The notes: a model not told the origin generated them from the sequence alone. Shown: positions 46,600 through 61,592, numbered from the stretch's first letter. The stretch: DNA of 64,000 nt from Octopus bimaculoides (GCF_001194135.2 NC_068998.1:9018483-9082482); one strand, 5' to 3'. Made by a program: numbers and translations.

Positions 46600-48500
46600 T
46601 CTCTCTTCCCATACACACCCACACACACACATATATAAAGACATATCTTTCTCTACATGCATTTGTGGGTATATCCATGAGTGTGTCTGTCCCTTATATT
46701 TCTATACAGGCATGCAGGATTGTGGATCTATTGAGAAGACCACCGAAACTCTGCGTTTGAAACAAATGCCTTTTGTTCAATCCCAGCTTGAATATATGTG
46801 TGTTAATGGGTTTGGGCGTGGAAATGGTGTGCCTGAATACAAATGGAGAATATAATGTTTGTAAGCATGGTATTGATAAAGTCACAAAAAGTATGGCTTA
46901 TGTAGTTCACTGAGAAATTTTGTCATAAAGGTACAGGAGATTGGTAAAAGTCAAGAACTTTGTACTGATTGTGTCCTTGTGGTTCCATCATACTTCTATA
47001 TAGGGGCAACTTTTTGATCTAAGGTGGACCTAAGTGTTCAGCAAGCGCTGCAACACCAACCTTTTCCACCTGAAGCCAATGTTCATCATCATCTTCTCCA
47101 CCATCACCAGCATCATTGTCGTAATCATTCAACATCTGTATTCCATGCTGGCATGGATTGGTCAGTTTGATAGGGAACGACTGTCCAGTGGACTGCGTCA
47201 AAGTCCCTTGCACCTCCAGTATGTAAGGGACCAATGTCTGTTCTAGCTGTGAGCATTGCTGAATTTATATGTTGATGATATAAATGATTTAAATAACGTC
47301 TTGTGCATTTGTCTCCATTTTCCATTACTCTCATATATATATATATATATATANNNNNNNNNNNNNNNNNNNNNNNNNNNNNNNNNNNNNNNNNNNNNNN
47401 NNTATATGTATGTATGTATGTATGTATGTATACACACACACACAGTTCAAAAGAAAATGGAGATATAGCATTAATATAATTTATTATCTGCAAAAATACA
47501 ACATTTTCTTACAGCTGTTTCGATTAAGCCTAAAAGATTAAATAGCAATAATTAAATCTTTATATTAGGCAAAATCTCATCAGAGGGGTGGAAAAGATTA
47601 GGTTTGATTTTTAGGTGTTGTGTTTGCGAATCACCTCAGCAGACTGAATATTATTTTTGGGTTAATATTGGTATAAACCTGAGCCAGGGGGTCATAGGTT
47701 ATTTTAGTGAGTAATGGATAATGTGAATATAATCAGGGTGGTAATTGGTAAATAAATAAAGGTTAGATAGTGAGTTACAGTAAATAATAATATCATGAAT
47801 GAGGGGGAAAAAAATAAATGAATACTTTTGTAATTTGTTTATAGAATTGAAAGAAATTGATATGAAAATATAGATAAACCATTATTGAACTATTCACGGT
47901 CCTGTCCGTGTTTTAATTATAGTGTTATGCAGAAACACTGTTTATAATGCAGCTGGTCTTGTTTTCAAGTGCAAGGAATATATTAGAATTGTTATTTTTT
48001 GAATGCATTACATTGGAGTATTGACTTGTGACCAAAACTTTTGGTTAATGTCTTTGGTGAGAAAACTGTCGGAAACAAATAAATAAACGGTTTTCTTAAG
48101 TAAATAAATATTTATGCGATTATTTATATGAACTGAATGGAAAAGTAAATACAAAACGAATGAATAAATATTTGTAAGATGAATTTAAATAAAATTTCAA
48201 TGTGTAGATAAACAAAAAAAAAATAAAGCAAAGACAATTTTTTAATTTTTTTTATGAGTTAATTACAAGAAAAATGAAAAGAAGATTGAAATGCAGGATG
48301 GGTTATTACATAGAGTGTAAAAACTTAACAAATGCTAAATTAAATTAGATCAACATCATGAGATTAAAATGGACTAAGCAGAACAGGGGGAGACACATGG
48401 GATAAAGAGTTGCTGAAGAGGTCACAGGATGTGTGGTCACAGAAGGAAAAATATTGATAATAAAACTGAGTTGAAGACCAAATATATAATCATCACGGTC

Positions 48501-48710
48501 AACATCGTCATTGTTTAATGTCCACTTCGCATGCTGGCATGGGTTGGATGGTTTGACAAGAGCTAGTCAGGCAGAAGCCTCACCAGACTTTTGTGTCTGT
48601 TTTGGTATGGATTTTACAAATGGATGCCCTTCCAAACACCGACCACTTCACAGTGTGGACTGGATGCTTTTTACATGGCACCAGCAGTGACAGGGTCACC
48701 AAGTACCTTG
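48501..48710 (-). mobile_element. Family C element
   Basis: cattgtttaatgtccacttcgcatgctggcatgggttggatgg...tggatgcccttccaaacacc. Confidence 0.8.
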
Positions 48711-49732
48711 CAGGACAAAGATCCTTTGAGAGGGGATGGGACGGTGGTGGAGGTGATCTTGTGCCAGATGATGAAAGGTTAGAGTGTGACAGAGAGACAG
48801 CTACAGGTGTCTTGTGTGTGTTTAATTGGGAAAATATGACCACCCCTGTTGTAAATACGCTATGCATGTCTCAATGAATTTTCGAAATAAGAAAGAACTG
48901 AGTCGAATAAGTTTGGTATTGGTCCGAACTCTGAAATTGCTGGCCTTGTGCCAAAATTTGAAACTGTTGCTATTGTTATTAAGTTGGTTTTTGTGACACA
49001 AATTAACTTGAAACTGTAATGAAAGATTTTAATTGAGATAGTTTTAAAATAGAAAGCTTTGTATCAGAGGTCTGGAGGTGGTCTCAGGCGGCTAGCTCTC
49101 AAAAGGTTTGGTCTTATTGTTTACCATATTTCTGCTGGAATGCGCCGGCTTTGTTTGAGTCAGTTTTGAAAATAAAGAAGAATTTATTCGAATAATTTTG
49201 TCATTTAACATATAAAAAAAATTTCGATGGAACATTTTAATTTGGATCATAATAAAACAGGAAGATTGTATCACAGAACTTGGGCAGGGTGTGGCGGTGA
49301 GGGAGGATTCAGGTGAATTAACGACAAAATGGTTTTGCTAAACAAATACAGACAGAAACATACATACACTTTTAGACATAGCTCTTTTAGTATATAATAA
49401 GAAAACAAATATCTACTCTTTTAGGCATGGCTCATTGACATTGAAGAAGGGGAAAAAAAAAAAGAAAAGAGACAAGGCGAGGGTTAAAAGAAGTCTTAAA
49501 TGATCTGATGATAACGATTGTACATAAACAGTGTTCATAACGGAAATCTTATTTCCTCTATTTTTGGCTGAGGTACTTAATGAAGTTCTGCTCTACACGT
49601 TTATGTGTGGGCTGTGTCTTGTGTTCAATTTCAACTATTATGTGTCATTTTGTCCTGCTAATTTGTTAACGTTTGCCCGCTACCCTCTTGAAACAAGTGC
49701 TTGTTAACCTCACTTCATCTCACTGCTGAGAG

Positions 49733-49766
<34 letters not shown>

Positions 49767-49835
49767 GTACATACATACATGCATGCATACATACATACAT
49801 ACAAACACTTCTTTTACTCAAATTTTCACTCTTTT

Positions 49836-49872
<37 letters not shown>

Positions 49873-50854
49873 GATAATGATAGTAAATAATATATAATGT
49901 GTATATATATATGCATATATGAATGAGTACAGGATGTCACCAACAGTGCAAATAACATGAAATATGTAAATGAGAAAAGAATGGAAAATAGGACAAGTAA
50001 ACGCAGAGAGAGCACCCTTCACACACACATACTTTATAAAGGATGTGTATATACATATATACATACATACATCATATATATGTGTATAGCAAGAAAAGCA
50101 GCGAAGAAAACCCCCTCCAGTCCTATAAGTCAGTTTCCTTTCTGTGACTTAAACATTTGTTCCCTCTTTGAGCTGCGCAGCCTTATTTCGTTTGTAGATT
50201 CACATCTTTGTTGAGTGTATTTCTGTCACTATCCTCATTGTGGACATCACCAAAATTGAAGAATATTATGGTTAAAGGCATGAAACACTAAGGACTTCTT
50301 GGTACCATAACTGACGAAGAGCAGTGTCCATGTCTTCTGTGTTGGATTTTCCCTTTGTACCTTTGTTGTGTTCCTGTTTCATTCTTGGAACCACACACAC
50401 GTGTGCGCAATATTGCAGATAAGAATGGAGGCTTATATATCCCAAAATGTTTGTTTATTACTACAGTATTATTGGCACGGAAGCCAGTCAGCGTGATCAT
50501 TGCCAGAGCAGCTGTCTGGCTTCCGTGCCAGTGGCACGTAAATTTGAGCGTGATCGTTACCAGTGTCGCCTTACTGGCACTTGTGCCGGTGGCACGTGAA
50601 AGAACATTCGAGTGATGTAAGAGTTGCTGGATTGGTCACAGTCGTGTGACAAGATTTCGTGATAATGGACGATGTGTGAAGAATGAATATATAGTGTGTG
50701 TGAGTGTGTGTGTGTCTATTTGGTAAGGAAAAGAAAGAAAGAAATGACCATCCCAAAATATAACAGTTTTGACTCCATTATACAAATAAATGTTTAAATG
50801 AAGTTAATGGTCTTTGTGTGTTTCCGGATGTGTCTTTCACACTGCAGTTATTTG

Positions 50855-50887
<33 letters not shown>

Positions 50888-51229
50888 GAAAGTGATAGAT
50901 ACATATATATAGATATATGCGTGTGTGTATACACACACAAAATGTGTTATGAGGGGTGTATGTTTTTGAACAATGAGAAATAAGGGTGGGTATATTATAT
51001 AACATAAAACGTAAATTCCCGATCTCTTGAACATTATTCTACTTCCCTAAAGAGTAGAACAGTAACTTGGTAACAGTTTGGACCAGTTTTAAAGGAAAGG
51101 TGGGCCGATAATCTCAAGAATCAATAGTTTTTCAAACTTGATATACTTTTAAAAGAAAAAGACATTCTGATTGTGTGTGCGTGTGTGTGTATGTATGTAT
51201 ATATATGTGCGTGTATGGTAGGTGTACCC

Positions 51230-51358
51230 AGTTTCTGCCTACCAAATTCACTTAAAAAGCATTGTTTGGACTGGGGCTGCTAAAATAGTGCCATGCAGTA
51301 GGGTTGAACTTGAAACTATATGGTAGCAAAATAAGCTTTGTAACCACACAGCCATTGT
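51230..51358 (-). mobile_element. Family A SINE head, old
   Basis: cagtttctgcctaccaaattcac...gtgccatgcagtagggttgaac...taaccacacagcca. Confidence 0.7.
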
Positions 51359-51364
51359 GTGTGT

Positions 51365-51679
51365 TCTTTTATTCTTCTGTATGTTTCAGCTTTGAGGCTG
51401 CAGTCATGCTGGGGCACCGCCAGTGTAATCACCCTTTTAATTGGCAAATTCTATGGGATGGTGAAGGAGGGAGTTCAATACTGCTGCCCTCTTTTGAGTT
51501 TCCTGCCTTGACATCGGTTCATTTGGGATCTTCGATAGAAAGAAGTCGAGTTGTTTCTTGAAAACATCTACCCCCACTCCACGGAGATCCCTCAGATGTG
51601 TTTGGCTAGGTGTTAAATAGCTGTGGGCCCTTGAATCCCAACCTATTGCAGTACTTGGTCCTTGCCTTAGGACTTTTGC

Positions 51680-51680
<1 letters not shown>
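51365..51680 (-). pseudogene. 3' end of a CR1/L2-type LINE (ORF2 C-terminus, stop codon, 3' tail)
   Basis: HLRDLRGVGVDVFKKQLDFFLSKIPNEPMSRQETQKRAAVLNSLLH...*, then ggcggtgccccagcatgactgcagcctcaaagctgaaaca; clade assignment tentative. Confidence 0.75.
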
Positions 51681-51735
<55 letters not shown>

Positions 51736-52510
51736 CACACAGGTGAGCACATAAGTGCATAACAAGGTAGAAAAAATAGCACTTGGATGCCATATATGTA
51801 TATATATATATATCTGACCCTTCATCCATCTCCTCTTTCTCCAATTTGTTCCCTGTCTTATTCCACTCTCTTTTATTTCCTGCAAAATTGCCTTCGAGGC
51901 ATTCAAAGTGGTTTATTCTGATCACAATGACAACAGCAACAACAATAACAGTTTACAATTACAACAGCAAAATTAAAGGAGGACAGAATGTCTAACATAC
52001 AGAATCAGGACAGCAACTGCAACAGCAACAACAACGAGTGCAAGAACAAGAACCAACATGCAACAAGCACTCCAAACCACCTTCTGGGGCCCATTCCATT
52101 TAGTTTCAAAATCATGTACAGCTGACAATATAAAAGTCTTTCCTCAGAGCCATTTCATTGGTGCAGTGTCTTTCCATTCACCTGACCACCCATCCATCCA
52201 AACCTACCTGGTTCTTTTATGGCTTAGCTTTAAACTGTCAACTGGCTTAATTGGTATTTTAGCACCCACTTTTTCCACCCCCATCCCTTTCCGCCATCTC
52301 TCCTTCCAACTCTCTCAACATGGATGGAGAAAGCTTGAGCAGTCATTCTGTTTTGAATGCCTTATCTACCTACCTGATCTTCTTACCTGCCTACTTACCT
52401 GTCTATCTATCCTAGCTTTGTATTTGTCTATATCTATCTGATTATCAACCTATCCTTACCTACCTGTCTGTCTGTCTATCTATCTATCTATATATATATA
52501 TATCTACCTG

Positions 52511-52542
<32 letters not shown>

Positions 52543-54390
52543 CCTGTCTGTCTATCTATCTATCCATCCATCCATCCATCCATCCATCCACCCATCCATC
52601 CATCCATCTGCCTGCCTATTTATTGTGCTGTCACATGCCTCTACCTGGCCAGGTTATCTTGATTGCATTTTGTGTTTCCCATGTACCCGGCCACTCACCA
52701 TCATCACCATCATCATCCACATAGCACTGCTGCTTCTTTGATTGATTACTCTTCTTAATACATCTGGCTCTCTCTCTCTTTCTCTCTCTCCTCCACCTCC
52801 CACTCTCCCTATCCTCCACCCTTCTCTCTCTCTCCCTCCCTCCCTCCCTCCCTCTACTTTCAGTTTCTGCTTTATGCCTGTTTGTCTCTGCCTCTCATCT
52901 TTATCCCCTTGTGAACCAACATTGCAGCTACAACTGACCACTACCACTACCGCTGCTACTACTACTACTACTACTACTACTGTTACCCCATCACAGCTAC
53001 TGTGACCACAACCATCTCCACCACCATCACTGCCACCATCACCACTACCTCCACTAAAGCACCACCACTACCACCATCATCATCATCATGCTCACCATTA
53101 ACACCAAAACTAAATTGTTTGGAAGGAGTTAGTCTCCACCTTACATGCTGGCTTACTCAGTCACTCCTTCTGCTTTCTTTATCTACCACCATTACCACCA
53201 TCGTTCAGACAGTTTGCTGTTTCCACCATCATAACAACCATTTGCACGTAAAATCTTATATGGACCCCTAAGGGCCATATAAACCCTGGTTAGGGACTAA
53301 TGCTCTGTAGTTACTTGAACCATTAAAAATAGCAGCGAGATCTCCCTTAAATTACAACTTAATGTCTTAGAAACGGGCTCATTGGGTAATGTGGTCCTGG
53401 GTGCCTTGTGTATAGGAAAAAAGGTGGGATGGTCAAGGTTGGAGTATGTTTGATCATAGTTTTGCTTGATTAGGGCTGACTTGGGGGTTACACAATGACA
53501 GCGACCACAACTGCAACAACTCCTGATGTCATGATCCATGTCTGTGTCACCTCCAGCATGCCGCCATCACTGTCTTACAAGTGTTAACACCCCCGTCATC
53601 ATCACCATCATCACCGTCTCCATAAAAGAAGCACTGTAAGCTGGAATATTCCATTAAGCTAAATGGGAGGTACAGCAATGAGGTCAGGCAGGCAGACGGT
53701 AGCATATACTTCTGAGTTGTAAAATTGATGTTTTTTTGTTGTTTTTAATCTCTGACAACTTCCCTTGCCAAATAAGAACAACAATAACAATAACAATCAT
53801 AACAGCAACAATAACAACAGCAGTTTCCAAACTGATTTCAATTGCCACAGCCTTCAAGCAACTTAACGAAAGATAATTAGGTAATCAATACATGATAAAC
53901 GATAGCAATTACCAGTGTATTTAACCACCTTCCCTATGAGAAGACACTGGCGACGCGACTAAGAGACAGGGTAGGAAGTTGCTCTTTTCCAGTCGTATCG
54001 AACAAAGAGCAATTTTCTAGGAGCAGGGGTGGGTGGCATTGTTCAACCAGACATTAAATATATATCTGTATGAACATTGTTGGCAGTCATTGTCTCCCTT
54101 CTGTGTCCCCGAACTAGGACATCTTTATTTTGGCTTTCATTGTCTTGGGTAATCTCTGTAAAAGTCTCTCTGTTCTTTCTACTGTCTTCTGTTTTCTACT
54201 ATTTGTTTAACCTTTACCACACTGTAGGTGCATCATGTCACCGTATGAGTTTTCTCCCTTGTTGTGATAGAGCAGTGGCAAGGGAAACAGTTCCAGAGAA
54301 AATGCAGGGTGCTGAGGGTTAAGTAGCAATTTTATACATGGAAGCATATCTAGCCATGGGGCAGTTATAACCTTCTTTGGAAATAGGTGT

Positions 54391-54680
54391 GGGTTGGTGA
54401 CTGGAAGGGCATCCAGCTGTAGAAAATCTGCAAATCTGCTTTTTCAATGAATTGCATCTGACCATGCAGGCATACGAAAGTGAACTTTAAAATGGTAAAA
54501 CCACACATACACGCACACAATAAGCATCTTTCAGTTTCCATCTAGCAAATTTATTCGCATTATCTTCATCAACCCAGAGCTATAGGGAAAGACACTCGGA
54601 GAAGGTGCCACAGAATGGGATTGAACTTAGAACCATGTGGTCGGAAAGCAAACTTGATAAACCACGTAGCAATGCCTGAG
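54391..54680. mobile_element. Family C fragment (+, 54391-54490) followed by a family A head (-, 54520-54680)
   Basis: ggttggtgactggaagggcatccagctgtagaaaatc; then catctttcagtttccatctagcaaat...gaaggtgccac...gggattgaac. Confidence 0.75.
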
Positions 54681-55279
54681 TAATTATGCAGAGGCCTCAC
54701 ATTCTTGACTAAATGTTTGTTATGATATCAAGGAATATCTGCTTCAGTGGAATCCTCTGAAATTCTTCTATTCCCAGCAGCCTCTTCTGTTGTTTTAACT
54801 CTTTACCCTTCAGTTACATTATTAGATTACAAACGGTGAAATCCCATGGCATGGCTATTGTAGTTTGGTGAATTTCCCGATATCAAATAACCGGTATGTA
54901 GAACGCTTTCAAGATGAACAGACTCGCTCACTGACCAAGTGGATGTAAAACTGTGATTTGCCGATTTCGTATATAAGGCGTTGTTTAATAAATAAAGTTG
55001 CTCTTATTTATTAAGCAATTCTTTCCATCTTATTATTTTAAAATCTGCTGGTTTAGGAGATAGCGGACTTGCTGCCACCACCACCACTGCAGCTGCTGCT
55101 GCCGCTGTCCCTTTTGCTTAATTATGGTTGTGCTTTTTACCTGGTGTCTTTACCTTGTTTTGGTTGAAATACACTGCCTTTGTTCCAATTAATTTCGAAT
55201 ATAATGAAGAACCTAATGAAATAACTTTTTCATTCATTATTATGATGGCATTTGGAACGTAAATTAGAGTGAAATTTTG

Positions 55280-55630
55280 CACCGCTTTGAAGGGTTTTAG
55301 TTGAACAAATCGACCCCAGGCATAATTTTCTGTAAGCCTTAGTACTTATTCTATCGGTTGTCAAGGGATGGTGAGGGACAAATACAGACAGACCCCTCCC
55401 CACTACACACACACATACATATGTTCCCATCTGCCAAGTGGACTTTGTTGATTGAAACGGAAAGAAACCCATTGTATATATATGTATACACACACACACA
55501 CAGTGGGCTTCTTCCAGTTTCAATCGACAAAGTCCACTCACAAGGCTTTGGTCAGCCCGAGGCTACAGTAGAAGATACTTGCCCAAGGTACCATGCAGTA
55601 GGACTGAGCTGGGAACCATGTGGCTGGAAA
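55280..55630 (-). mobile_element. Cluster of family A SINE fragments (tail, partial head, head)
   Basis: gaacaaatcgaccccagg...gtacttattctatcgg; cagcccgaggctacagtagaagatacttgcccaaggtacc. Confidence 0.8.
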
Positions 55631-55631
55631 G

Positions 55632-55705
<74 letters not shown>

Positions 55706-55783
55706 AAAGATAGAAATAGTTCCATGTGTGCATGGGTTTGTGTCCAGACATCATGTGATGGTTATAACATCATCAACTTACTA

Positions 55784-55935
55784 GCAAGGTTGCCTGTTTC
55801 CAGTCTTCCGTGGAAACCGACGAGAGTTGGTGACAGGAAGGGCATCCAATCGTTTAAAAGCTGCCTCCACAAATTCTATCTGACCCATGCAAGCATGGAA
55901 AAGTGTACATTAAATGATGATGACAATGATGATTT
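55784..55935 (+). mobile_element. Family C element 3' part
   Basis: gttggtgacaggaagggcatcc...catgcaagcatggaaaagtgtacattaaatgatgatga. Confidence 0.75.
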
Positions 55936-56377
55936 TGGGTCAGGGTGATTGGGATGATAAACTGATAAACAAGGTGAAACATAGAAAAAAAATATATAAA
56001 ACAGGTGAAAGATAAAAGACACTGCTCTGAAGCTAATCAACAAAGCTGGACCCAGCCGTCTTCAAACTACATATATGCACGGTAAGGACTGAACTTGTGT
56101 ACTGCAAACGAACCACTTAGGAACTTTGCAGTGTTGATGCTTGTGCTGAAAGTGGCATCCGATTCTGTCTAGTCTGTCGTACCTATTTACAGACAGATGG
56201 ACTGAGGCATTTGAAATCTCTCCATATATGGATTGTTTTTGTACCTGCAGGTACATGTCTGTGTTATAAACAATTCGTGTTTGTATTTGTCCGTGTGTTG
56301 TATGTCAAAGCTGTACGCAGTTTATTGCAACATATAGCAAATGGAAAGACATGTTTCTCTCTTTATCTTCCTCTCTC

Positions 56378-56417
<40 letters not shown>

Positions 56418-56959
56418 CCTTATAGCACCACCACCACCTTATCCATCTGCACATTCACCTCCACTACAACCACAACCTCCTCTACCACAGCAACCACCCT
56501 AGCCGCCTGCACATTCACCTCCATCATAACCACCTCCACCACCACATCCACCTCCACCACCACACCTTCCTGCACATTCCCCCTCCAGCAACATAGCCAC
56601 CTCCAACACACCCATCTCTACCACCATGTCTACCCCTGCACCACCTCCACCATCAACACCACCATTAAGTCCACCACTGTCACCAGCAGCGCCACCAGCA
56701 CCACCACCACCTCATTGATTTCTTAGTCCTTGATTATTTGACAACCTTTTGACGCTCTCCTTTCTTTTGGAAGCACTTAACTTCATCATTACCGTCAAAG
56801 CAGCCGTCGTCATCGTTGTCGTCGTCGTCACCGTCAATTGGTATAGGTGTTAAATCAGACCCCCACAAGTAGCCAGAATAGATTGGATACTACTGGTCAA
56901 TAATGTCCTTGAAGCTACATTTCATTGGCCATCTGAAGAAACCAGGCTAAGTCTTTACT

Positions 56960-57694
56960 ATCATCTCTCTTTCTCCTTTGCCTTCTTTCCATCTCTCTCT
57001 CTCTCTCCCTTTCCTTCTCTCTCCCTCCTCACTCTCTTTTACTTTCTCTCTTTGTTATTTTCTCTCTCTCTATTCTCATCCTCTTTTCATATTCTCTTTC
57101 TCCCAATGTCTCTCTTTCACTTTTTCCTTATTTCTGTCTTTCTCTCTCTGTTTTTCCCTCCTTATTTTTCAGTCTTTCTCTCTCTACCTCTCTTTCTCTC
57201 TCTCTCTCCTTATTTCCTGTCTCTCTCTCTCTCTCTTTCTCTCTCTTTATTTCTATATCTTTCTCCTTATTTCTCCATCTTTCTCTCTATCTCTCTCTCT
57301 ATTTCTCTATCTCTCTTTCTATTTCTCTATCTCTCTCTCTATTTCTCTATCTCTTTCTATTTCTCTATCTTTCTTTCTATTTCTCTATCTCTCTCTCTAT
57401 TTCTCTATCTCTCTTTCTATTTCTCTATCTTTCTCTCTATTTCTCTATCTCTCCTTATTTCTCTGTCTTTGTTCACTCTATCTCTCCCTCCCTCTCTCTC
57501 TCCTTATTTCTGTCTTTGTTCACTCTATCTCTCCCTCTCTCCGTCTTTATTTTTGTCTTTCTCTCTCTCCTTATTTCTCTGTCTTTGTTCACTCTATCCC
57601 TCTCTCCCTCCTTATTTTCTGTCTCTTCTTGGATATCATCTTCTTTCCTTCTCTCTTGTCCCACCCCTCCCCTTTAACATTCTCTCTCTCTTTG

Positions 57695-57732
<38 letters not shown>

Positions 57733-57790
57733 CCTCTTTCTCTCTGTGCTTTCATCTCTTATTCTATTATATTCTCTCTTTCCATTTTCC
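56960..57790. repeat. ~0.8-kb polypyrimidine (CT-rich) degenerate satellite
   Basis: Repeated tctctatctctttctatt-type units with very few purines on +. Confidence 0.95.
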
Positions 57791-58227
57791 AGCCACCCTG
57801 TTTCTTTTTCACACGCACACACACGCACACACACAAGCGTATAATCATAGACACACACTGCTACAGTATTGGTATCTCCCCCCCCCACACACACACACGC
57901 TCATATATTCTCTAATTCTTTTACTTGTTTCAGTCATTTGACACTGACCATGCTGGAGCATATATATATGTATATATATATACATACACACACACACACT
58001 TATAGCTCTGCGTTGCACACACAAACGTACAAATATGGACAAGCTCATGACCAAACACACACACACACATACAAAACTTAGCCTTTTGCATTCCATCCTA
58101 ATCCTCTCTTTATCTCTCTTTCTCTCTCTCTTCCCGCTACCTCCTCTTTACCTTGTTAACCCTCCCCTCTCTAGACATATCTCTCCCTCTCTTCCTCTTT
58201 GTTTCTCTCTCTCTCTATCTCTTTCTA

Positions 58228-58258
<31 letters not shown>

Positions 58259-60027
58259 GTCTCTCACGCCCATGTTCCCTGTCACACATAGAAACACAAC
58301 TGCACAGACAAACATTCACACATACAGATGCACACACACCCTTATGCAGTCTTATGTACACAAACACACACTCATGCAGTCCTAAACACACACACGCACA
58401 CACACACACACACATGCACACCCATATTCCCCGTCACACACACAGACACAATCGCAGACAAACACTCACACATACACACACTCACACAGTCCTACACACA
58501 CACACACACACACTCGCACAATTCTTTACCCTGATGTTGCTGTAATTTCTAATAAATTTCCTTGACATTTTTCCAGCTTTGTGCACTTTAAATTTCATTG
58601 TGCCATGGTCTGTGTTTACCCAGTGACGTTCTCCCCTATTCACAGGTGCACACGGTAGCGCCGTCTACACCCGCGCACACCCCTCACACTGCAGATACAC
58701 AGCGATTGCCGATATGGATATTGCAAAAAAAAAGAAAGAGAAAGAGAAAAGAAAAATGTTTGTTATTAAGGCTTTACTCAGAGGAACAGATTTAATATTC
58801 TTTAACAGCTCTGAGTAAACAGAACAAAGCTATCAAGAAATTTCGACAAGAAAACACAATATATGTGTGTGTGTGTGTGTGTAATTATATATATATATAT
58901 GTACACACGCATGCAAGCATATATAGATATATAGATAAATGTCTGTGTGTATACCTGTTTGTGTGCATATTTACATATATATATATATATACACATACAC
59001 ACACATGTATATACATACATAGATATATAGAGTGGTCTCTGTGTGTTTATATATGTATGTATTTGTGTGTAATGTCTGCATGCATACATACACAATTACA
59101 TAAACATGTCTATACCTGTCTGTGTATGTATTTGTGTATAATGTGTGCATATAGACACGTGTGTGTGTATGTATGTATATATATAGNNNNNNNNNNNNNN
59201 NNNNNNNNNNNNNNNNNNNNNNNNNNNNNNNNNNNNNNNNNNNNNNNNNNNNNNNNNNNNNNNNNNNNNNNNNNNNNNNNNNNNNNNNNNNNNNNNNNNN
59301 NNNNNNNNNNNNNNNNNNNNNNNNNNNNNNNNNNNNNNNNNNNNNNNNNNNNNNNNNNNNNNNNNNNNNNNNNNNNNNNNNNNNNNNNNNNNNNNNNNNN
59401 NNNNNNNNNNNNNNNNNNNNNNNNNNNNNNNNNNNNNNNNNNNNNNNNNNNNNNNNNNNNNNNNNNNNNNNNNNNNNNNNNNNNNNNNNNNNNNNNNNNN
59501 NNNNNNNNNNNNNNNNNNNNNNNNNNNNNNNNNNNNNNNNNNNNNNNNNNNNNNNNNNNNNNNNNNNNNNNNNNNNNNNNNNNNNNNNNNNNNNNNNNNN
59601 NNNNNNNNNNNNNNNNNNNNNNNNNNNNNNNNNNNNNNNNNNNNNNNNNNNNNNNNNNNNNNNNNNNNNNNNNNNNNNNNNNNNNNNNNNNNNNNNNNNN
59701 NNNNNNNNNNNNNNNNNNNNNNNNNNNNNNNNNNNNNNNNNNNNNNNNNNNNNNNNNNNNNNNNNNNNNNNNNNNNNNNNNNNNNNNNNNNNNNNNNNNN
59801 NNNNNNNNNNNNNNNNNNNNNNNNNNNNNNNNNNNNNNNNNNNNNNNNNNNNNNNNNNNNNNNNNNNNNNNNNNNNNNNNNNNNNNNNNNNNNNNNNNNN
59901 NNNNNNNNNNNNNNNNNNNNNNNNNNNNNNNNNNNNNNNNNNNNNNNNNNNNNNNNNNNNNNNNNNNNNNNNNNNNNNNNNNNNNNNNNNNNNNNNNNNN
60001 NNNNNNNNNNNNNNNNNNNNNNNNNNN

Positions 60028-60085
<58 letters not shown>

Positions 60086-60930
60086 TATATGGACACTCAT
60101 ATATACATATATATACACACATATACATATACATGATATATATATATATATATATGGTGTATGTGTATACACACACACATACTTGTATTGGTGTGTGTAT
60201 ATAACCCATCTGTCTGAAACACAAACGAACCAGATGAAACACTACAATCTCCAACAAAGCACCATTGCTGTTACGAAAGCAATAAAAGAATTCTAAGGAG
60301 AGCAATTTGCACAGAATGTACCACGCACGTCGTCATCATTGCTGTCGTCCTCGTGGCCATCGTCGTCATCATCACCATTTCCATGAGCGACAAGCTAGAA
60401 TTAGTTACTTTTAAATCCTGAACGCTACAGAATAATAGCGACTCAAGCACCATCAAAAGTGGCACGGACTCGTGTCTCTTTCTACGGTCTACCTTAAATC
60501 TCTCGCAGTCAAAACACGCGTAAACAATACAGTGACCGACATGGATATCACATTTAAAATTACATGAACGTCAGTTTGGCCAGGCTGCCGAGAGAGAGTG
60601 AGAGAATCTGTGTGGTACTTAGTCTTGCTAGAAATAGCAGTCGAATCTCTCTCTTCCTCTCTCTAATCACACTCTGCTGTTGCGAAAGAAGGACACATTC
60701 GTAGTTGTTGGTACACTATATCTGAAGCATAAACTGACTAATGTAGTCCTAGATACATTATGACTGAGTTACATTATGGGTGATGTAATCCTAGATGCAC
60801 TTAGTCTGAAGGATATCAGCTCATGTAACTTCATTTTGTGTGAAGGACACATTGGATAATGTAGTCCTAGATACATTTAGGCAGAAATATACATTAGATA
60901 ATGTAACTTCACAATGGGTTTTTTTTGTTT

Positions 60931-61298
60931 TTTTTACTTGTTTCAGTCATTTGACTGCAGCCATGCTGGAGCACTGCCTTTAATCAAACAAAATCTCCCC
61001 CAGGACTTATTCTTTGTACGCCTAGTTTTTATTCTATCGGTTTCTTTTGCTGAACCGCTAGGTTACAGGGACGTAAACACACCAACATCGGTTGTCAAGC
61101 AATGATGGAAGGGGACGGGGACACACACACACATATATACGATGGGCTTCTTTCAGTTTCTGTCTACCAAATCCACTCACAAGGCTTTGGTTAGCCCGAG
61201 GCTATAGTAGAAGACATTTGCCCAAGGTTCCATGCAGTAGTAGGACTGAACCCAGAACCATGTTGCTGGTAAGCAAGCTTCTTACCACACAGCCACTC
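60931..61298 (-). mobile_element. Full-length family A SINE, relatively young
   Basis: Complete tail, short (CA)n at ~61120-61140, CORE-like block and head ...cttaccacacagccac. Confidence 0.9.
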
Positions 61299-61592
61299 CC
61301 GGGCCTGTTGTTGTGATATTTGTTTGGTTCTTTCTGTTTAATTAGAAGAAATTGTTGTTAAAAGTACATTGAAACTCTTATGATAAAATAGATATCATTT
61401 TTCATGAAATATGTTTGTGGTGGTGGTAGGCGTGGGGAGCAGAGGTTTGAAGTGGGAAGAGTGTATTTCTGTGTGTGAATATGCTTCTGTATGTGTATAC
61501 ATGTGTGTGTATACCTCTATAGTTTTTGAGAAGGCCATTAGAATAAAAATAGATTTATAAGGTATCAGGTTTTGTGTAAACCAGTGTGTGTG

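Noticed and set aside
47268-47305. Second hammerhead-like remnant (ttgatga...aataacgtc)
   Set aside because: No GAAA core and no demonstrable stems
48340-48500. Possible RTE endonuclease remnant (INIMRLKWT...KILIIKLS)
   Set aside because: The resemblance is too degenerate to call without a profile search
53257-53281. Short hairpin tatatggacccctaagggccatata
   Set aside because: A 10-bp stem with a bulge, next to a repeat fragment; not distinguishable from chance
54965-54985. TATA-box-like TATATAAG
   Set aside because: Common in AT-rich DNA; no other promoter evidence
56225-56256. TGCAG|GTACAT junction, and similar ones near 23672 and 62987
   Set aside because: The regenerated donors are weak or the pyrimidine tracts short; expected by chance
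60735-60910. Degenerate gataatgtagtcctagatac repeats
   Set aside because: Looks like the internal tandem part of an old repeat; too decayed to define
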